Shown here: piece after piece, positions 9,433 to 22,881 of the stretch
Position numbering within the stretch: position 1 is the stretch's first letter
How the letters are laid out: each line of letters begins with the position of its first letter
Assembly (NCBI GenBank): GCA_963749075.1
Contig: CAVVLJ010000017.1
Span: forward strand, 544,001 to 608,000
Direction of reading: 5' to 3'
DNA length: 64,000 nt
From: an uncultured Pseudomonadota bacterium
Lineage (GTDB): Bacteria; Pseudomonadota; Alphaproteobacteria; JACZXZ01
Notes under the pieces: model-generated
What the model saw: only the letters and a program-made list of their open reading frames with translations
Told to the model about the DNA's origin: nothing
Databases searched by the model: none
Made by a program: the position numbers and the translations under genes

Positions 9433-10951
9433 GCGCCAGCACGTATCGCTGCCGCCGCAGCGCCTGCGGGAGGGGCTCGTCATGGGGCTCTTCGGCGGCC
9501 TGGCGCTGCTCAGCGCCCTGCCCGGCTGCGCCGTCGGTCCGGATTTCCTCCGCCCCGATGCGCCGCCGGCGACCCATTACTCGAACGGCGCGGATGCCGA
9601 GGCGACGGCTTCCGTCGATGGCACCGCGCAGCACTTCGCTACCGGGACGAAGCTCGCCGCCGACTGGTGGCGCCTCTTCAAATCGCCGCAGCTCGACGCG
9701 GTCATCTCGGACGCGATCGCCAACAACCCCGGGCTCGAGGCGGCGCAGGCGAGCCTGCGCCAGAGCCAGAACAACTTGCGCAGCGGCTATGGCATCTTCT
9801 ACCCCGACATCGACGCCGAGGGCGGTGCGATGCGGCAGCGCTACACGCCGATCAAGGGCGGCCAGAACCTGCCGGCCAGCGTGTTCAATCTCTTCACGCT
9901 TTCGGCCACGGTGAGCTACGCCCTCGATGTCTTCGGCGGGGAGCGGCGCCTGGTCGAAGGCCTCGGCGCCGAGGTCGACGCGGCCCGCGCCACGGAACAG
10001 GCGACCTATCTCGCGCTCTCGTCCAACATCGCAAATACGGTGATCGCCAAGGCGGCCTATCGCGCCGAGATCGAAGCCACGGAGCAGCTCATCGAGCTGC
10101 AAAAGGAGCAGGTCGGCCTGGCCGAAGTCCAGGCGCAAGCCGGGACGGTGCCCTATTCCACCGTCTTGAGTCTGCGCAGCCAGCTTGCCTCCTACCAGGC
10201 GACGATCCCGCAGCTCCAGCAAAAGCTAACGCAAAGCGACGACTTGCTCGCGACGCTCGCCGGCCACACGCCGGCCGAGTGGAAGGCGCCGCAAGTCGCC
10301 ATGGCCGACCTCGCACTGCCGAGCGAGCTGCCGGTCAGCCTGCCGTCCGATCTCGTGCGCCAGCGTCCCGACATCCTAGCGGCCGAGGCGGCGGCTCACG
10401 CCGCCAGCGCCAACATCGGCGTGGCGACCGCAGCGCTTTTGCCGAGCGTCACGTTGAGCGGAAGCTTAGGCACCAACGGCACTTCGACGGCCAATCTCTT
10501 CGCGGCCAACGGCAATTTCTGGAGCATCGGCGCCGGCGCTGCGGAGCCGCTGTTCGACGGCGGAACATTATGGTTCAAGCGGAAGGCGGCGATCGACAAT
10601 TATCGCGAGGCCATGGCCGCGTACCGCCAGACCGTTTTGAGCGCATTCGGACAGGTGGCCGACACGCTTCGCGCCCTCGATCACGACGCCGCGGTCCTCC
10701 AGGCGGAGGAGGAGGCGCTTACGACCGCGGAGCAGGCCTTGCATCTGGTGCACGCCAACTACCAGGCGGGACTTGCGACTTATCTCGACGTCCTCAATGC
10801 CGATGCGCAAGATCACCAGGCGAAAATCGCCGAGCTGCAGGCGATCGCCGTGCGCTATCAGGATACCGTGGCGCTTTTTGCGGCACTCGGCGGCGGCTGG
10901 TGGAACGCGAAGGGCGAAGAGGCGAAGGCGGACGGAGCAAAAACCGATTGA
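9410..10951 (+). CDS. Outer membrane efflux lipoprotein (NodT/OprM family); alternative start 9482
   Basis: GCAVGPDF lipobox, WW.LF, LPSDLVRQRPDILAAE, ALGGGWW. Confidence 0.92.
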   Translation: MSMSARNRRQHVSLPPQRLREGLVMGLFGGLALLSALPGCAVGPDFLRPDAPPATHYSNGADAEATASVDGTAQHFATGTKLAADWWRLFKSPQLDAVISDAIANNPGLEAAQASLRQSQNNLRSGYGIFYPDIDAEGGAMRQRYTPIKGGQNLPASVFNLFTLSATVSYALDVFGGERRLVEGLGAEVDAARATEQATYLALSSNIANTVIAKAAYRAEIEATEQLIELQKEQVGLAEVQAQAGTVPYSTVLSLRSQLASYQATIPQLQQKLTQSDDLLATLAGHTPAEWKAPQVAMADLALPSELPVSLPSDLVRQRPDILAAEAAAHAASANIGVATAALLPSVTLSGSLGTNGTSTANLFAANGNFWSIGAGAAEPLFDGGTLWFKRKAAIDNYREAMAAYRQTVLSAFGQVADTLRALDHDAAVLQAEEEALTTAEQALHLVHANYQAGLATYLDVLNADAQDHQAKIAELQAIAVRYQDTVALFAALGGGWWNAKGEEAKADGAKTD

Positions 10952-11008
10952 TCGGCGAGGCGACATGGCCATGGCGAAGACGGCGAAGACGGCGGCGGAG
11001 GTTGCGCG

Positions 11009-11995
11009 ATGCGCGCCATGATCCTCGACGCCGTCCCCGGCGCTCTTCGGCTGGACGAGCAGAGAGCCGTGCCGCAGCCGCGGCCGCGCGAAGTCTTGAT
11101 CCATGTCCATGCCTGCGGCGTCTGCCGGACCGATCTGCATGTCGTCGACGGCGAGCTCGCTCATCCGAAGCTGCCGCTGGTGCCCGGACATGAGATCGTA
11201 GGCACGGTCGCCGCCGTCGGCGCGGATGTTCGCGGGATCAAGCTCGGCGAGCGGGTGGGCGTGCCCTGGCTCGGCTGGACCTGCGGCCAATGCGTCTATT
11301 GCAGGACCGGCCGGGAGAACCTCTGCGAGCGGGCGCGCTTCACCGGCTATCAGATCGACGGCGGCTACGCCGAATACACGGTGGCCGACGAGCGCTTTTG
11401 CTTTGCCATCCCCGCCGGCTTCGGCGACGTCGAGGCGGCGCCGCTGCTCTGCGCCGGCCTCATCGGCTACCGCGCGCTCCGGCTCGCCGGCGAGGCCGGG
11501 CGCCTTGGCCTTTACGGCTTCGGCGCCGCCGCTCACATCGCCGCACAGGTGGCGCGATACCGCGGGCAGAAGGTCTTCGCGTTCACCAAGCCCGGGGACC
11601 GCGCCGGACAGGACTTCGCCCGCGGGCTCGGCGCCGTCTGGGCCGGCGGCTCCGACGCGCTGCCGCCCGAGCCGCTCGACGCGGCGCTCATCTTCGCACC
11701 CGTGGGCGCGCTGGTCCCGGCGGCGCTCGCGGCGACCGCGAAGGGCGGCACGGTCGTCTGCGCCGGCATTCACATGAGCGATATCCCGAGCTTCCCCTAC
11801 CGCATCCTCTGGGAAGAGCGGGTGGTGCGCTCGGTCGCCAACCTGACGCGCCGGGATGGCGACGAGTTCCTGGCGATCGCGACCAAGGTTCCGGTGCGCA
11901 CGACGACGGTGCCCTTTCCTCTCGCCGACGCCAACGAGGCGCTGAGGCGGCTGCGCGACGGGCGCATCGAGGGTGCCGCGGTGCTCGTCGCCTAG
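11009..11995 (+). CDS. Zinc-dependent alcohol dehydrogenase (AdhP-like)
   Basis: CGVCRTDLH, GHEIVG, CGQCVYC..GRENLC, GFGAAA. Confidence 0.93.
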   Translation: MRAMILDAVPGALRLDEQRAVPQPRPREVLIHVHACGVCRTDLHVVDGELAHPKLPLVPGHEIVGTVAAVGADVRGIKLGERVGVPWLGWTCGQCVYCRTGRENLCERARFTGYQIDGGYAEYTVADERFCFAIPAGFGDVEAAPLLCAGLIGYRALRLAGEAGRLGLYGFGAAAHIAAQVARYRGQKVFAFTKPGDRAGQDFARGLGAVWAGGSDALPPEPLDAALIFAPVGALVPAALAATAKGGTVVCAGIHMSDIPSFPYRILWEERVVRSVANLTRRDGDEFLAIATKVPVRTTTVPFPLADANEALRRLRDGRIEGAAVLVA

Positions 11996-12051
11996 CCGGA
12001 CGCGGTTGCTCGAAGGACGCGGAAACCGGGCCTCCGCGCCGATGTGCCGCC

Positions 12052-13050
12052 TCAGCGGCTCATGCTGAAGCCCTGCAGGATCTTGATATAATTTGCCCGC
12101 TCGAAGGAGGCCGGGTGCGCCACCGTGCGCTGGCTCATGCGCCCGCGTATGGGATCGAGCGTCTCGAGGTTGCGCGCCGCGAGCCAGCTCTCGAGACCGT
12201 CGCGCAATACCTTCATATGGGCGACGCCGTGCCGCAGGAGGGCGGAGGTGGTCATCACGACGTCGGCGCCGGCGAGGAGGTACTTGACGACCTCGTCGAC
12301 GCTCTCCACGCCGGTGCTCGCCGCGAGCGACGCCTTGAGGCGTCCCGCCAGCACGCCGATCCAGAGCAGCGGCAGGCGGATCTCGGAAGACGTGCTCAAT
12401 TCGAGGTCCGAGCGCAGCTCGAGCCGCGCGAGGTCGATGTCGGGCTGATAGAACCTGTTGAACAGGACCAGGCCGTCGGCGCCGGCTTGATCGAGCTCGA
12501 GCGCCATGTGGCCGATCGCGCTGAAATAGGGCCCGAGCTTGACCGCGACCGGGATCGCGACGGCGCGCTTCACGGCGCCCAGGATGTCCTTGTAGCGGCG
12601 CTCGACCTCGCGTCCGCTCATGTCGAGATTGGCCGGAATGAAGTAGACGTTGAGCTCGAGCGCGCTCGCGCCTGCCTCCTCGATCTGCCGGGCATAATCG
12701 ACCCAGCCGTGATCGGTGACGCCGTTGAGGCTGGCAATGACCGGCATGTCGACCGCCTTGGCGGCGCGGTGCACGAGCTCGAGGTACGGTCCCGGACCGT
12801 TCGGGTACGAGACGGCCGCCGGGAAATAGCTCAGCGCCTCCGGGAAACTGTCCGTCCCCGTCGTGACCAGGCGCTCGAGCAGTTCCGCCTCGCGCTCGAT
12901 CTGCTCCTCGAAGATCGAGGGCAGCACGACGGCGCCGGCGCCGAGCTCCTCCAGACGCCGGATGTTGTCCAGCTCGCCGGTGAGCGGCCCGGCGCTGGCC
13001 ACGAGCGGGCTCTTGAGCCTGAGGCCGAGATAACGCGTCGTCAGATCCAT
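12052..13050 (-). CDS. Dihydroorotate dehydrogenase-like flavoprotein
   Basis: YLGLRLKSPLVASAGP, GAVVLPSIFEEQI, LFNRFYQPDID, LLAGADVV. Confidence 0.88.
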   Translation of the reverse strand: MDLTTRYLGLRLKSPLVASAGPLTGELDNIRRLEELGAGAVVLPSIFEEQIEREAELLERLVTTGTDSFPEALSYFPAAVSYPNGPGPYLELVHRAAKAVDMPVIASLNGVTDHGWVDYARQIEEAGASALELNVYFIPANLDMSGREVERRYKDILGAVKRAVAIPVAVKLGPYFSAIGHMALELDQAGADGLVLFNRFYQPDIDLARLELRSDLELSTSSEIRLPLLWIGVLAGRLKASLAASTGVESVDEVVKYLLAGADVVMTTSALLRHGVAHMKVLRDGLESWLAARNLETLDPIRGRMSQRTVAHPASFERANYIKILQGFSMSR

Positions 13051-13087
13051 GGCTGCGATCCTCTTCTGCTTCCTTGCGCCGCCGCCT

Positions 13088-16681
<3,594 letters not shown>

Positions 16682-16810
16682 CTCGGTTCTTCCCCTCCGG
16701 CTCGGGCATCATCTCGATGGCGTGGCGTGGACACCGCTCGGTCGGGCCGCTTCCCGGCGCGCCGTCCGTGCCGTGCGGCAGTATGAGACCATGTCGCCCG
16801 CCTGTGCACT

Positions 16811-16824
16811 TTGATCTAGATTAA
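16811..16824 (-). promoter_or_regulatory. FNR/FixK-like box upstream of PFOR
   Basis: TTGAT-CTAG-ATTAA (1 mismatch). Confidence 0.6.
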
Positions 16825-17012
16825 ACCGCCTGCGAAAGCCGCGGCCGTCGCGGACGCCACCTCGTAAGCGCGCGGGGCTGCAATTCCCGGCCCTGCCGCC
16901 CTCCCGGACCGCCTGCCGATGCCTTACGCCATCCTCAGGCGCATGAAAACCGACCCCTTCACCGCGGCCCAAGGTCTCTGCAACAGTGCGCCAGGATTAA
17001 CTCATCCCGTCA

Positions 17013-17026
17013 TTGACCAGGATCAA
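17013..17026 (+). promoter_or_regulatory. FNR/FixK-like box upstream of alkene reductase
   Basis: TTGAC-CAGG-ATCAA; CATCTT at 17049-17054. Confidence 0.7.
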
Positions 17027-17133
17027 GACGGCTCGCCCTGGAGCGCTTCATCTTGCATGGTCGGGCGATCGAGCATGGGCGGCGGGCCGTTCACCCGCCC
17101 CCTTCCGGGTGCCGGCGCGAGGGAGAGACGACA

Positions 17134-18264
17134 TTGGGCGGCAGGATCGAGAAGAGAGAGGCGCCGAGCGATCTTTTCGAGCCGGTGCGGCTGGGGCCGT
17201 ATCAACTTGCGAACCGCGTCGTCATGGCGCCGTTGACGCGCAGCCGCGCCGGCGAAGACGGCGTCCCACGGCCCTTGATGGCCGAATATTACGCCCAGCG
17301 CGCCTCGGCCGGGCTGATCGTCACGGAGGGCGTCAACATCTCGCCGCAGGGGAGAGGCTACGCCCTGACGCCGGGCCTCTATGACGACGCCCAGATCGAG
17401 GGATGGCGGCAGGTGACCGCGGCCGTCCATACCCGCGGCGGCCGCATCTTTCCGCAGCTCTGGCATGTCGGGCGCGTGTCGCATCCTTCGCTGCAGCCCG
17501 GCGGCGCCCTGCCCGTCGCCCCTTCGGCGATCCGCCCGGAGGCCACGTCCTATACCGCGGCCGGTTTCCAGCCCTGCGCGACGCCCCGCGCGCTCGCCAC
17601 GGCCGAAATCCCCGAGATCGTCGGGCAGTACCGCCGCGCGGCGCGAAACGCCCTCGCCGCCGGCTTCGACGGCGTGGAGATCCATGCGGCCAACGGCTAT
17701 CTCATCGAGCAGTTCCTGCGCGACAGCACGAACAAGCGGACCGACAGCTATGGCGGGCCGCCCGAGAACCGCGCGCGCCTCCTGCTCGAGGTGACGGAGG
17801 CCGTGGCCGGCGTCTGGGGCGGCGCGCGCGTCGGCGTCCGCCTTTCGCCGCTCAGCCCGGTCAATGGCGCCGCCCTCGACAGCGACCCCGCCGGGACCTA
17901 CAGCCATGTCGTCGAGTGGCTGAACGCGTTCGGGCTGGCCTACATCCACATCATCGAGGGAGCGACCCAGGGGCCGCGCGAGGTCCCGGGCGGCTTCGAT
18001 CTTCAGATTCTACGGCGATCGTTCAAGGCTCTCTATATCGCAAACAACGGCTACGACTTGGGGCTCGCCCACGAGGCGCGCCGCCGCAACCTCGCGGACC
18101 TCATCTCGTTCGGCCGGCTCTACATCGCCAACCCGGACCTCGTGGAGCGCTTGCGCACCGGCGCGCCGTTGAACGTTCCCGACCGCGCGAGCTACTTCGG
18201 CGGCGGTGCGGCCGGATACACCGACTATCCGGTCCTGACGCCGGCGGAACGCGACGCCGCCTAG
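17134..18264 (+). CDS. Old yellow enzyme / NemA-like alkene reductase (TTG start inferred)
   Basis: NRVVMAPLTRSRA, QLWHVGRVSH, GFDGVEIHAANGYLIEQFL, GRLYIANPDLVER, GYTDYP. Confidence 0.93.
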   Translation: MGGRIEKREAPSDLFEPVRLGPYQLANRVVMAPLTRSRAGEDGVPRPLMAEYYAQRASAGLIVTEGVNISPQGRGYALTPGLYDDAQIEGWRQVTAAVHTRGGRIFPQLWHVGRVSHPSLQPGGALPVAPSAIRPEATSYTAAGFQPCATPRALATAEIPEIVGQYRRAARNALAAGFDGVEIHAANGYLIEQFLRDSTNKRTDSYGGPPENRARLLLEVTEAVAGVWGGARVGVRLSPLSPVNGAALDSDPAGTYSHVVEWLNAFGLAYIHIIEGATQGPREVPGGFDLQILRRSFKALYIANNGYDLGLAHEARRRNLADLISFGRLYIANPDLVERLRTGAPLNVPDRASYFGGGAAGYTDYPVLTPAERDAA

Positions 18265-18357
18265 CGCCGGCCGCTGCACGCCTCGTTGCCTCAGGGGCCG
18301 CTCGGCGATGAGAGGGCGTGCGGAGCGCGCAGACTTTCGCTAGAGGCAGGCCTTTGA

Positions 18358-20034
18358 TCAGGGCCGCGGCTCAGGCGCCCGGTCTGCAAGGGCGGCCGGC
18401 GGCAACGCGGCGGTTGGATTTCCCGCGCTTTCCCCGGAGCGATTGCCGCCGCGCCGCCAGCCGTCGATGGCCGCGAGCTCGGCTTGCGGCACTTCCGCGA
18501 TAATCTCCAGCCGGCCGAGCATGACCTCGCCGGTCTCGCCGTCGAGAGAAATCCAGCTTCCCTCCTCGATTTTCCTTCCGGCAATCTCGCCGCCGGATCC
18601 GCTCTCGCCGATTTTCAGATCGCGGCACCCGACCAGACAGACCTTGCCGAGCTGGCGTGCCACGACCGCGGCATGGGCGGTCCGCCCTCCGACCGCGGTC
18701 AAGATGCCGGCAGCCGCCGCGAAACCGCCCACATCATCGGTCGAGGTGTCGTGGCGCACGAGAATGACCGGTTCGTTCCCGGCCGCGAGCGCCTTGGCGC
18801 GGATGCTGTCGAAGGCGACGCGCCCGGTGGCGACGCCGGGAGACGCCGAGAGGGCGGTGGCGACCGCCGGAACCTTGTTGGCGAAGCGGGTCAAGCGGGT
18901 TCCCGCAAGGTCGATCTCGGCTGCGCGCGACAGCGCCGTCGCGCGATCGAGGAGGCCTTCATCGACGAAATCCACCAGAACGCGCAAGGCCGCCCGCGGC
19001 GTCCGTTTGGCCGAACGCGCCTGCAGGAAGAACAGCCTGCCGTTCTCCACCGTGAACTCGACGTCCTGGACGTCGCGGAATTCGCGCTCGAGGCGGGCGA
19101 CGCCCTCGGCGAGCTCCTTTGCCACCTGCGGAAGCCGGGCGGCAAGCAGATCACCGTTGCCCGGCATGCGCCGGCCGGCCACCACGTCCTCGCCTTGCGC
19201 ATCGACGAGAAAATCGACATAGAGCTCTTTCGCGCCGGTTGCCGGATTCCGCGAGAATGCGACGCCGGCACCGGACTTCCCGCCCGAGTTGCCGAAGACC
19301 ATGGCCTGAACGGTGACGGCGGTGCCGATGAGCCCGTCGAGCTTATTGAGACGACGGTACTCCTTGGCCCGCGGGTTGTCCCAGGAGCGATAAACGGCGC
19401 GCGCCGCGGCCTTGAGCTGCTCGATCGGGCTATCGGGAATCGCCCGGCCCGCCGCCTCGGCTGCCGCGGCACGAAACTCATGCGTCAGCCGCTCGAGCGC
19501 TTCCGAATCGAGATCGCCGTCGCTTTCAGCACCCTCCGATCGCATCATCTCCGCAGTGCGCGCCTCGAAGAGCGCCGACGCGGCGCCTTCGACGGTCTCG
19601 CAATAGTTCTGGATGAAGCGCCGATAGCTGTCCCAGGCGAGGCGGGGGTTGCCGGTCAGGCCGATCAAGCCGCGGACGCTCTCGGCATTGAGGCCCACAT
19701 CGAGAATCGTGTCCAGCATCCCGGGCATGGATTTTGCCGCACCCGAGCGCACCGAGACGAGGAGGGGCGCGCGGTCGCCGCCGAAACGGCGGGCGGTCGT
19801 CTCTTCCAAGCGGGCGATGCCGTCGCGCAGCCCTTGGTCGAGCGCCTCGAGGGCCTGTGCATCGCCCCGGTTGGCCGGCGCGCAGAGCTCGGTCGGCAAG
19901 ACGAAGGCAGGCGGCACGTTCAAGCCGAGCCTTTTCATTTGCCAGAGGCTGGCCGCCTTCGACCCGGCCAGCGCCGCCGTGATTTCGTCGCTTCGCCCAG
20001 CGGTGCCTATGTAAAGCGGCGCATAGCGGTTCAT
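18358..20034 (-). CDS. PPDK-like protein: nucleotide-binding + phospho-His swivel domains, no C-terminal PEP/pyruvate barrel
   Basis: LLVSVRSGAAKSMPGMLDT, QAMVFGN, AQGEDVVAG, QDVEFTVE, GGRTAHAAVVARQ; ends shortly after ISLDGETGEV (558 aa). Confidence 0.88.
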   Translation of the reverse strand: MNRYAPLYIGTAGRSDEITAALAGSKAASLWQMKRLGLNVPPAFVLPTELCAPANRGDAQALEALDQGLRDGIARLEETTARRFGGDRAPLLVSVRSGAAKSMPGMLDTILDVGLNAESVRGLIGLTGNPRLAWDSYRRFIQNYCETVEGAASALFEARTAEMMRSEGAESDGDLDSEALERLTHEFRAAAAEAAGRAIPDSPIEQLKAAARAVYRSWDNPRAKEYRRLNKLDGLIGTAVTVQAMVFGNSGGKSGAGVAFSRNPATGAKELYVDFLVDAQGEDVVAGRRMPGNGDLLAARLPQVAKELAEGVARLEREFRDVQDVEFTVENGRLFFLQARSAKRTPRAALRVLVDFVDEGLLDRATALSRAAEIDLAGTRLTRFANKVPAVATALSASPGVATGRVAFDSIRAKALAAGNEPVILVRHDTSTDDVGGFAAAAGILTAVGGRTAHAAVVARQLGKVCLVGCRDLKIGESGSGGEIAGRKIEEGSWISLDGETGEVMLGRLEIIAEVPQAELAAIDGWRRGGNRSGESAGNPTAALPPAALADRAPEPRP

Positions 20035-21968
20035 GCCGACAACTCCTCGAGGACACGGTCTCTGAGAGCGAGAGCCGAATGAGACAGGTGATCGGTCGCG
20101 GTCTCGAGTACGCGCGCGATCTCAAGGGCGAGCACCAGCGGCCTCGCGTCGCCGCGAGGCACGGCCATGAGTGCCGCAAAGGCATCGCGCTCGGCCGTGT
20201 CGGCGCTGCGCTCCAGGTTCACCACCGCATCGAAGGCTTGCAGCGAGGCGACCGCATCGGCGCGCTGGCCCCTCGGCAGCCGCGATGCCGCCTCGACGGC
20301 GCGGACAAGCTCGCTCACGCTCTCGGTCACGATCTCGGAGAGCTCTGCCAGCGGCGCAACGGCGAGCACCGATGCGTCCTCTTCGGGCACGAGGCTCAGA
20401 AGGAAGGTGCAATCCTCCAACGAATCGGTCGTATTTTCGACCTCGTCGATCACCGGCCGCAGCATCCCGGCTTCGCGGATGCGGGCCGCCATTTCGCGCG
20501 CGGAGACGGTCTGACGATCCGCCTTCTCTTCGATTTTCTTGGCCCGGCGGGCGAGCGCGCGCCTCTCTGCCGGCGTCACGGAGGAAGGCGCCGAGAGAGC
20601 ATCGGAGATCGCCGCGGCGAGAATCCGCGTGAGCCCGAGATGGCGGACGAGCACCGTGAGGACGGAGCTTTCGGCCGTCTCGAACCGGCGCGACAGATCG
20701 GCCTGGATCTCGTCGCGAATGAGCCGCGCGGTGCGCCCGGCGGAGAGCCCCTGGCTGGTGTCGCGCAGAACCCGCTCGAGGAATTCCCTGCATGCGGTGG
20801 CACCCAGCGCCTCGTCGAGCCGCACGCCATAGGGAATGCGCCCCGCCGCGGCACGCTGCACCGCGTCGAAGATCAGATCGGCGCCGCCAAGATCGAGAAA
20901 GGCCCGGTGTCCGAGATCGCGTGCGGCGGCCCACTTGAGCAGATCGACCGCGGCGTTCTTGCCGACGAACGTCTGGAGCGCCTTTCGCGCCTTGTTCCAG
21001 TCGATCAAAAAGACGATGCGCGACCCGAGAAACTCGAGGAAGCGCTCGACCGCACCATCGCCATCGGAGACGTAACGCCCCGTCAAAAGGTAGAAGACAT
21101 CCTCGTCGAGCCCGGCCGCCGATTTCTCGGCAAGAGGGCTCCAGCCAACGCCCTGGCCTTCGAAGAGCGCTATGAAGAATTTGGCGCGCGGCCGGTGGGT
21201 GTCGGTGTAGGTGACGGTCACCGCCTGATCCTCGACATGGACGACCAGCACATGGGCATCCGTGGTCCCGATGTCGTTCTGGATCGTCAGTCGTCCGCCG
21301 GCCCGGACCGCCGTCGTGCCGAGCCCGGGGTGACCGAAGGCCAGAGGTGCCGTGCGGTTGAGCCCCCGCATGAACGCCTTCACCCGTACGCGGTCGCGCT
21401 CGTCGATGCGATGCACGCGCGCCCCATCGAGAGTTTCGAGCGCCGTATCCGCGGCGAGCCGGTTGAGCGCCTTGTGGATATCCATGACGAGGCCGTGAAC
21501 GCTGTCCCGGCCGGCGCGGCCGGCTGACGTGAGGTCATCGATGTCGCGGAAATCGAGCTGATCGCGCTCGCCCGCGGGAAGGCATCTTGTCAATGCCTCC
21601 GCCCTCGCGACGAGGGATCGGCTGGCTTCGCCGTCGGCCGCCTCCAGGGGGGCCAGCATGAGCGAGAGATCGGCCGCGGCACCAGCGAGCAATTCGCTGG
21701 CGCCCGGAATGAACAAGCGCGTCGGGCCGAGTGCCCTGGCACCGGAGACCAGCGAGTCGAGCCCCGGCGCATCGAGACGGGCGGCCTGCCGCTCCGCGCG
21801 GAAGAGACGCGGCTTGCGGTTGGGGTCTTGCGCTTGCAACGCGGCTTCTTGCAGAAGACTGAGGCGGAGCTTGATGCGGTCGTTGGCGGCAAGCGCATCC
21901 CCGATGAGCGAAGGCAGCAGAACGGCCTTCTCCCCTAAACGCTCCATCACTTTGGCTTTGGTTGTCAT
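20031..21968 (-). CDS. Large protein with C-terminal DUF47/PhoU-like helical domain (putative phosphate transport regulator)
   Basis: C-terminal IEEKAD / LERSAD / LETATD repeats typical of DUF47; central QNDIGTTDAHVLVVHV; stop overlaps start of PPDK-like gene. Confidence 0.7.
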   Translation of the reverse strand: MTTKAKVMERLGEKAVLLPSLIGDALAANDRIKLRLSLLQEAALQAQDPNRKPRLFRAERQAARLDAPGLDSLVSGARALGPTRLFIPGASELLAGAAADLSLMLAPLEAADGEASRSLVARAEALTRCLPAGERDQLDFRDIDDLTSAGRAGRDSVHGLVMDIHKALNRLAADTALETLDGARVHRIDERDRVRVKAFMRGLNRTAPLAFGHPGLGTTAVRAGGRLTIQNDIGTTDAHVLVVHVEDQAVTVTYTDTHRPRAKFFIALFEGQGVGWSPLAEKSAAGLDEDVFYLLTGRYVSDGDGAVERFLEFLGSRIVFLIDWNKARKALQTFVGKNAAVDLLKWAAARDLGHRAFLDLGGADLIFDAVQRAAAGRIPYGVRLDEALGATACREFLERVLRDTSQGLSAGRTARLIRDEIQADLSRRFETAESSVLTVLVRHLGLTRILAAAISDALSAPSSVTPAERRALARRAKKIEEKADRQTVSAREMAARIREAGMLRPVIDEVENTTDSLEDCTFLLSLVPEEDASVLAVAPLAELSEIVTESVSELVRAVEAASRLPRGQRADAVASLQAFDAVVNLERSADTAERDAFAALMAVPRGDARPLVLALEIARVLETATDHLSHSALALRDRVLEELSA

Positions 21969-22284
21969 GACCACCCTCGCCCGCCCGCCGCCCCATGGCC
22001 GACGCGCCATTAGGGCAAGAAATCGCCGCGCATGCCTTGCGCTAGATCATTCATGGAAGTGTCATGACCCTATTGCGTTACAGTGGCAGCCCCGGCTTTT
22101 GCCCCGTGAGGCTGAAAGGATCGGGCGGGGCGCCGGTGGAAATTCACCAGGCGAAAAGGCCGCCCGCTCGGCGGAGAAAACTCGCCTGCGGCAACGTCAT
22201 GCCGGCAACGCCACGCCGATGGCCGACGGACTGCCGCCCTGCGGGCGAGCCACTCGCTTTTACGCGTAGCCGGCAGTAATCGCT

Positions 22285-22413
22285 TCAAGGCTTGGTCTCG
22301 CCGCGCAAACGTCGGACGTGGTCCTCGAGCTGCCGACGCGCCGCGCCGAGGGCGTCGCGTATCGCGACATGAACGTCCTCATGGGCGTGGCGATCCCGGT
22401 GCAGGTCTATGCG
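22285..22413 (-). pseudogene. Relic of HPF/RaiA-family ribosome-associated protein gene
   Basis: RIDL-HRDRHAHEDVHVAIRDALGAARRQLEDHVRRLRGETKP* resembles the HPF C-terminal helix; no own start or N-terminus. Confidence 0.6.
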
Positions 22414-22712
22414 TGGCTTCCGGACGGCTCGATCCAGCCGCCGCACAGCTCGGGATTGCTCCGGCAATGCTCGATGAAATGGCGGAGGACAAGCTTCAAC
22501 TGCGCCGCGTGACGAAAATCGCGGCGGCCGCGCGCCGCTTCGATATCGTCGCGGATGATCGCCTTGATCGCCTGCTGGCCGCCCGGGCAATGGACGAGGT
22601 AACAGCCGAGCGAGGCCGCAATCACCTCCGGGCGATGCTCGTGCTCGGCGATGGCATCGATCTCTTCCCGGGTGAGATCGCTCAAAGCGATGCAGTCCTC
22701 GAGCGTCAACAT
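22407..22712 (-). CDS. Conserved hypothetical protein
   Basis: GGAG RBS; MLTLEDCIALSDLTREEIDAIAEHEH... coding-like; downstream of an FNR-like box. Confidence 0.75.
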   Translation of the reverse strand: MLTLEDCIALSDLTREEIDAIAEHEHRPEVIAASLGCYLVHCPGGQQAIKAIIRDDIEAARGRRDFRHAAQLKLVLRHFIEHCRSNPELCGGWIEPSGSHA

Positions 22713-22774
22713 CGACATCTCCAACGAAAGAGCCTGCCTCGATGGTAGGATCGCAGGCATCTCGCCCGAGTGCC

Positions 22775-22788
22775 TTGACATAGATCAG
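22775..22788. promoter_or_regulatory. FNR/FixK-like box between divergent genes
   Basis: TTGAC-ATAG-ATCAG. Confidence 0.6.
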
Positions 22789-22881
22789 CTGGCGAGCTGA
22801 GTTTACCCGCCAAGCTTGCGAAGCCGCATCGCCGAGTTGGCTTTCTTTGCGCTCCGCATGCGGGCCTGGCGGAGGCGGGCG

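Noticed and set aside
22318-22512. Plus-strand 64-aa ORF with coding-like codons
   Set aside because: Better explained as the antisense of the HPF relic and hypothetical gene on the minus strand.
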